In this document: in pieces, positions 62,149-64,000 of the stretch
How positions within the stretch are numbered: position 1 is the first letter of the stretch
Layout of the letters: every line of letters starts with the position of its first letter
From: Lobosporangium transversale
Taxonomy: Eukaryota
Assembly (NCBI RefSeq): GCF_002105155.1
Contig: NW_019028979.1
Location: forward strand, 558,001-622,000
Length of the DNA: 64,000 bases
Reading direction: 5' to 3'
Made by a program: the position numbers and the translations under genes
Notes under the pieces: generated by a model
Told to the model about the DNA's origin: nothing
The model's database searches: none
Seen by the model: only the letters and a program-made list of their open reading frames with translations

Positions 62149-64000
62149 ATGGTTACCCTTACTAGAGAGCAGATCAAAGATCGTATTCTCGGTTGCTTAT
62201 TTGGTGAGAATGATCACAACCTTGAAGCTCTAGTACCATCATTATATCAAGCCGAGGTGACGGTTTACTTATCATTCTTTTTGCTCCTTTTGATTATTGC
62301 AGGCAATGCAGTAGGAGATGCATATGGGTTGGCGACAGAATTCATGTCCAAGGAGACTGCCCGGAAACGTTATGGCAATGGACCTATTGCATTTGGTCTA
62401 GATCCGGGGTAAGGTCTCTCCGAAGTTGCTGTGCAGGTGCTGAAAGTTAGCTCAATATGTTCTTCAAGTCGGTCATAACTATGATCATGACCATTTCTTT
62501 TTTCTTTACTTTGTTGCTTCATCGCTTTTCTAAGCTATCCCATCTGGATTGATTATCATCGCTCAAAATGGGAACGAAACGATTTTACCGACGATACCGA
62601 TCAAATGTTGCTTATTCTCCAATCACTACAGCAAACTCAAGACGGCCGACTTCATGCTGCCAACTTTTCCAAGAGGTTAAAGGAATGGAGCATTATCGGT
62701 TTTCCAGAGTTGGGCACGCCTCCACGCGGCATTGGCTACACTGTCGGCTCGACGCTTTCCCATAGTGACTTTCGATACAATCCGCATAAGGCCGCATTTG
62801 ATGTAAGTGCGGCTCGAAAGAACGACTATCCTCCCAAAAACTCTTGTTTCACATGTACAGGAGGGATTCATGCAATAGCTATTCTCTATGACTAATCTCT
62901 GTATACTCGCTGACATACATCTTGGCGTTACAAATCCGATGCCTAGATCTGGGACAGCAAAGGGCGTACACTTGCTGCAAATGGCGCTGTGATGCGAACT
63001 TCAGTGCTTGGTATTGAATCATTTTGGGATGAAGCTAGGGTGGTGGAGAACGCTCTTGCAGCGGCCAAAGTTACTCATGCTGATCCACGCTCCGTAGTGA
63101 GCGCCTTGATAGCATCGGTCCTCATTTCGCGACTGCTACGAGGAGGAGGAGTGGATATTGACCAAGATAGTGCACATGTCTGGAACGCAAGGCTTCAGCA
63201 GGCCCAGTATAAGCAAGAGCTCCTGGACTACTTACGACGCGGGTCATATATCCAGGGCGAGCAATCCTCTAACCCTGCATATGAGCCGGAGACAGAGCAA
63301 AACCTCTTCAAGAATAAAGATAAGAATGCGATCGCTGAATCACGCCTCCAGTCTGCCATGGCAGCATGGACTTCATCACCAGATACTGCTACCCGCAGTT
63401 TCGGGTTGGGGATCGTTGAGAAGGTTGCCAACTTTGTGAAAGGCACGCCTGCAGCCGCTTCCCCCGATAACTGGAACACAGGACGGCCAACTGTCCAACT
63501 GAGAAAGAACATTGGCTGGGGAGGTATAGATCAGGTTGGGGGCAGTCAACCTATGACTGCCTTGGCTAGATCTGTTGTGAACGACTACATCTTTTTGCTC
63601 CGGGAAACGGACTTGATACCGTCCACTATTCGCATCGAAAACAGTGCACAGGGAAACAATGCACTTGATGGTTCTGAGCAGATTCAGCAGGCCCATGATA
63701 AGACACTGGCTTCCATTCAAGATAAGTGGGCCTACGAGCTCGAGTCCCATTGTTTCCCTAACAATTTAGCCCAGCTCGACCTTGGCGAAGGCTCGACGAT
63801 GGGGTATACCTTCAAGTGTGTTGGCGTTGGCTTTTATGCTGTTACCCGCCATGAGGACCCTCAACCAATAGATAGCGCCTATAATGGTCCGGCAGGCCTT
63901 TTTCGTGGCATTATGGAGCAGGTGACGCTAGAAGCCGGCGATGCCGATACTAACGGAGCAGTTGTAGGGTCACTGCTAGGTGCACGATTTGGGATTGAAA
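62149..64000 (+). CDS. ADP-ribosylglycohydrolase (ARH/DraG family), multi-exon, truncated by window end
   Basis: DRILGCLFGNAVGDAYGLATEF, FTDDTDQM, AANGAVMR, THADPRS, GDADTNGAVVGSLLGARFG. Confidence 0.9.

Overview
Eukaryotic, intron-containing fungal DNA. Short GT-AG introns with CTAAC/T branch points, long poly-A/T tracts and the gene content suggest an early-diverging fungus such as Mortierellaceae (inference only). Ordinary genes: C2H2 TF, PAM18, RPL5 (hosting an intronic snR60-type C/D snoRNA), QCR2, SCO1, a SAP-domain protein, two F-box/LRR proteins, STE11, a P-loop kinase, carnitine acetyltransferase, a small secreted protein, a JSN1/PUF1-like RRM+Pumilio protein, MSH3, PRO3, and an ADP-ribosylglycohydrolase cut off by the window end. 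There are two transposon-rich islands (~15-23 kb and ~53-61.5 kb). The standout is a four-exon gene at 18918-22833 that the ORF track splits into pieces. It joins an XPG/FEN1-type PIN nuclease domain with intact acidic residues to a Fanzor/TnpB-like RuvC + zinc-finger module. This copy has an apparent frameshift near 21030. A candidate structured (omega-like) RNA follows it and may be spliced. A decayed inverted paralog and a Harbinger-type transposase relic lie just upstream. The second island holds a dead hAT transposase and a clean 119-bp hAT MITE with an 8-bp target-site duplication. All gene models were assembled by eye, and no database searches were run.
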